64,000 bases of DNA from Lytechinus pictus (Eukaryota). Under the pieces are notes generated by a model. That model saw only the letters and a list, made by a program, of their open reading frames with translations. It was not told where the DNA came from and did not search any database. The stretch covers positions 3,968,001-4,032,000 of the forward strand of contig NC_087257.1 in the NCBI RefSeq assembly GCF_037042905.1, read 5' to 3'. Below, piece by piece: positions 59,604 through 64,000 of this stretch (positions are counted from its first letter, which is position 1; each line of letters opens with the position of its first letter). Both the position numbers and the translations under genes were made by a program.

Positions 59604-62600
59604 TATTATTGTTACATTTACAAATACAAATAATAATTTTCAGCTTGAAATGCTTGGTCACTCACTATAAAGAAAAAATAGCGACTATAGAAGACTGGTC
59701 ATTTTGGTGCAACTGACACGTCTCATCATAATATATATTTGCTAAACATGCTAAATAGTGGTCATTATCAAATGAGAATAGAATGAGTCACCAATGACCG
59801 TCTCATAATTATTTTTTTCTATATAATTATATAACTTCATTGCTTCTATACAGGGGCTGCGGATATATGTTTTGAGAGGGGGGGGGGGCTGACCATAAAG
59901 AAAATCACAATCAGATGGTTATTTTTTTTACATTTTTGTTTTTGTGTACGTTCATTGATAAAACTGGGTGGGGGGGGGGGGTCCTCCCGGTTCCGCGACC
60001 CCTCCTGTATTAGCTGGAAAATATGACTGCTATCGAATTTGTATATTTCTACCTTTAATATTCTCGTTTACATACTTGTATACAAATTTGTGCAATCGGG
60101 CAATGCAGCCAAAAAAATTGCTTTCAGTAATAAGCTTTTATGTTAGAAGTGATTTGCTAGCAGTATGTGCTATGACTTCCTGTTTTATACACACCAATGT
60201 ACTGAAATGTAAGATAGATATAATTATTGTCAATGAGTGAGTGTTTTCTTTTTTTAAATATATGTGTTTACTATATGTCTTGAATGATACGTCTTACGTC
60301 ATTGAAAAGCGGTATATGGAACAAACCATGAATGATGGTGACGATGATGATGATGACGATGATGATGGTGATACAAAGACGACGATGATTGTGATGCTGA
60401 TCGATGGTGCTGCTGTTGCTGATGACGATAATGATGATGGCGATATGATGACGATGATGATGATGATGACGATAATGACCATGATGATAATGATGAAGAT
60501 GATGACGTGATAGAAATTCTGCGTCTGTTCGTTGGTTTTTCGCTTTTTATTCAAATAAACTTGTGGCTGAAGCGGACTTTGGCCTTTGGATTAAAAAATA
60601 GGTTTAGAGGAAGAGGATGTTTTGTGAATCATTCTTGTGAGGGTGTGTGTGTTGAGGTGGGTATGCCGACATGTGGGTGTTCCTGAAGAGTTACATTAAT
60701 TTCAAAAGGATCGTCGGGGTCGATCATGTGTACAGCTAGTGACCAAAACTAAAAAAAAATATATATAAACGGCACTCACATTCACACACACACCCACCCA
60801 CTCACCCTCGCACACCTTTTCTCACACACACAAAATTAATTCTTTAGAAATCTCAAAGTAATGAAAATTGGTAATGATGATAACATGAAAGTCAGACAAA
60901 ACATTGCTATTTGAATAGCAGGATGTGAGACCACCTAGGGAATGATCCACATAATTATACCAACATACACATGACACGTGTATCTTGATTCAGAAAAAAG
61001 GGCCATGGCTATCGAAAATGATATGATCCAGGTTTGATTGCAAGACCTAATAAGATGGGACACCCCGCCCCACCCATCCTCGACGTTATTCTACAATCAC
61101 AGAGGGACGGTTGGGGCTGAGTGCCTTGGACATATACTACGTATTCAAAATAACACAAACATGTTGATGGGTCTTCGGTTTTAGTCCTTTCGGTGGGACA
61201 TGGGCATAAGAGTGTTAACTTATGCCTGGCAGTCTATGCATTGCTTCGAGGTTAATTCAGTGTGACCTTTCCAATAAACATGATTGGATTTGAGGGTTAA
61301 TAGCGTTTTGGAACTTTACCAAGCGCGGATAGAGGGGGTTCCAGAAGCCGGTACGGGAACATCCCATGATGCCTTCATTGTGCACATTAAAAAAAAAAAA
61401 ATATTAATTTTCATTTACTTTTTTCACTTTTCAAGATTTTTGGGAGACGAAATGACAATTTTTTTGTCTGACAAATTCGCAACCCGTAAAAGTTTAAATC
61501 TGGATCCGTGTCCGATTTACAGAACTCTTACACCACCACCACCAACAACAACAACAACAACAAGGCTAACATGTATAGCATTTGGAGAGGAAGTACAACC
61601 GTGCAGAGGATATCAGAGATCACTCAATTTCCTTTATATCAGAACGCAAGACGTCTTCATGGAAAAAAAAAATTAGTTTCCCGGTGTCTAAACTGTCTTT
61701 ATATCAAACACCCGACGCATGAACATGCCAAATGGAGCAAATTCCTGTTTTGATGAAGGAAATTGAATCCGATAAATTTGGAGACCCTGGAGCGTACCAG
61801 TATCTTTCTTCGCGTAAATGTTTATGACTGTACATACATTACATGGTCAAGGGGAAGATTCAACTTTATCGTTCACTATTGCCAACGTTTGTTTGTTTGC
61901 TTTGTATTTCAAAACAATATTTACATTGACAAGAAATAGTGTTCCAATTGCTGATAATAATAGGCACGTACCATAAACCAAATGTGTTGGAAGGCCAAAG
62001 TCCCTTCAATAACATCGAATGAAAGTCATTTGTTGACGCAAAACATGGATCGAAATCAAGCATTCATAATCATATAAGCAAAAACAAAATATAATAAAAA
62101 AATAACAATCACGTCGCATATTTATCAAATTTAATAACTGATGCAGGTAAAGAAAGAAATTGTAAACAGAAAATTATTTGTCAAAGCATTGACGGCCCTC
62201 CACCAAAAAACCAAGCCAGGCATAACTTTTGTTACACTGTTTAAACAGAAATAACAAAAATACATTATGAAGTTGATACATTCCAATTTTTTTTTTCATC
62301 GGCCAGTGTGAACACACTTTCTGCTCATGACCTTCACCTTACGCGTCACCAATATCGGGAAGTGTTCCTCACCACTCTCTCTGTCTGACGGAGATGATCG
62401 CGTCCTGGTGCCCGTTTCATAAAAAACATGGGCAATTGTGTTAACTTTGACATGATAACATCTACCATGGTAACAGGGCTAAGCAGCCAATCAAAACCAA
62501 TGTTTACATGGTAGTGGCCCGAATTGTGAAGTTATGATAGCTGCAAACGTCGATGAAACGAGCTTCTAGTTGTCACTCCTGAAATCATGGAAATAGTTGG

Positions 62601-63042
62601 CCTGTTACCAAGGAAGTGCAGACATTTGGACTTATCATGTTATCATATTTCATTTATAAGAATCGTGGATTGTTTTACAATGATTGAAGAGAATGAATCA
62701 CCATTGGTTTAACGAGAAAGGAAGAGGTTAAGCGAGACTACCAGCTGGCATATCGTGAGGGCATTAATTTTGTCAACCAGTTCAATAAACTTCTGACTTC
62801 TATTTCCATTTGTCAGAAAGAATACATACATGCGATCAACACGGACTGAGGCAAAGCTGCATTTTACGAAAACACATTTTATCGGATTATTGTAGAAAAT
62901 GGCCAGAGGTTCTTGAGCAATAACTTTGCAGACTTATTCTATTATATGTCAGCCTCTTTTGGATTGGATCTAGATTTGATTATATTTCAGTTTAGTTGAA
63001 TATCATAAGCAGAATCCCATCCTGCTGTCGAAAACATTTGTC

Positions 63043-64000
63043 ATGATGAGAGTCTACGTGGAAATAAAGTTCTTATCGATGCTGTTCAATATGTTGCTAT
63101 GCTTGTGTGAAGCACTCGTGAACTCAACGGTATTCACTCCATACGTTATCGACTGTCCAATTGTACCTCTACCGGAAGGGAATTCATTTTGCCAGTGTGA
63201 CCCTCCAAACATCACAGTTACATCTGCCGACTTGCTTCCAGAATTCGATTACGTCAGTTGCAAACTGACACAGGATTTGATCAGCGAAACAAATCCAAAC
63301 GCATTCTGTTTTCCACGATCCAGGAAGGTATACGTTGACTGCTCCTGGAACAACTCTCTCAGTTATCACGACCTCTTAAAGAGTGTGGAAAAGGAAAGTG
63401 GCGACATTGCGGAGGAAGTTCAAGCCGTTGGCGATATCAATTGTTTTGCACCATTTGCCCTGACGGCAGACACATATGAACATTTACCGGGTCTGCAGAA
63501 ATTAAACTTCTTTTTCGAGGATGTAACGATCAGGCCTTATGCCTTTTCTCCAATCACGAACCTTGAGGTACTTTCACTGATTCATCTTGATTTGAAGTCA
63601 CTTCACCCGGAAGTGTTTAGAGGTTTGACACATCTTCGGCAACTAAGTCTCTGGGACAATAACCTTAGAGAACTCCCTGATGGGATCTTTAATGACCTTC
63701 AGGACTTGCAGGATCTGTCCCTCATGAGCAATAACATTGTGCACATTTCTCGTAACCTGCTGAGACCCCTTGAATTTTTAAACAGGTTGTTTCTGAATAA
63801 CAACAACATTTCCTCAATACACCCCGATGCGTTTAGGCCTTTAAGGTCTCTTGAAGAAGTTGATCTGTCGTTTAACAATCTGGATGGAGAGTTGCGACTA
63901 AGCTTCCTTTCGACTAGGAAGCTTTCCCTTTCACACAATTCACTGACTAAATTTTCAGAGGATACTATTGTAGGTGGCCGGGGACACACTGTCTCATTAG
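63043..64000 (+). CDS. Leucine-rich-repeat receptor ectodomain (Toll-like receptor-like), partial, runs off the window
   Basis: Open frame from ATG 63043 (in-frame TAG upstream) to the window end; absent from the ORF track because it has no stop. Hydrophobic N-terminus (FLSMLFNMLLCLCEALV), Cys-rich cap (CPIVPLPEGNSFCQCDPP...VSC), then typical LRRs: LRQLSLWDNNLRELPDGIFNDL, LQDLSLMSNNI, LNRLFLNNNNISSIHPDAFRPL, LEEVDLSFNNL. TM and TIR domains are not visible. Confidence 0.85.
   Translation, partial: MMRVYVEIKFLSMLFNMLLCLCEALVNSTVFTPYVIDCPIVPLPEGNSFCQCDPPNITVTSADLLPEFDYVSCKLTQDLISETNPNAFCFPRSRKVYVDCSWNNSLSYHDLLKSVEKESGDIAEEVQAVGDINCFAPFALTADTYEHLPGLQKLNFFFEDVTIRPYAFSPITNLEVLSLIHLDLKSLHPEVFRGLTHLRQLSLWDNNLRELPDGIFNDLQDLQDLSLMSNNIVHISRNLLRPLEFLNRLFLNNNNISSIHPDAFRPLRSLEEVDLSFNNLDGELRLSFLSTRKLSLSHNSLTKFSEDTIVGGRGHTVSL

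Noticed and set aside
59343-59716. ORFs spanning poly-X
   Set aside because: Artefacts of the assembly gap.

Overview
AT-rich, intron-rich animal genomic DNA; the repeat content suggests an echinoderm such as a sea urchin (inference, not proven). I reconstructed three spliced genes exon by exon with consistent GT-AG sites and phases. They are DUS3L (minus strand, 12 exons, ~674 aa), a divergently transcribed uncharacterised coiled-coil gene (plus strand, 13 coding exons, ~955 aa), and a single-MRH-domain mannose-6-phosphate-receptor/Atg27-like gene (plus strand, 7 exons, ~267 aa). A fourth, LRR (Toll-like) ORF runs off the right edge. Introns hold a Penelope-like retroelement (RT + GIY-YIG), a frameshifted RTE-X-like LINE, a Crack/L2-group LINE with an intact 1043-aa ORF2, several SINEs and many nested MITEs. 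Main observations: (1) a variant minimal hammerhead ribozyme (U3-A8 core, palindromic stem III) in the Penelope pseudo-LTR, downstream of three octamer sites and a TATA box; (2) three 20-21-bp palindromes, each flanked by an exact 7-bp duplication, that look like P-element excision footprints, two of them stacked just upstream of a start codon; (3) a tRNA-like cloverleaf with a UCA anticodon but a short variable arm; (4) repeated local duplication of the DUS3L terminal exons.
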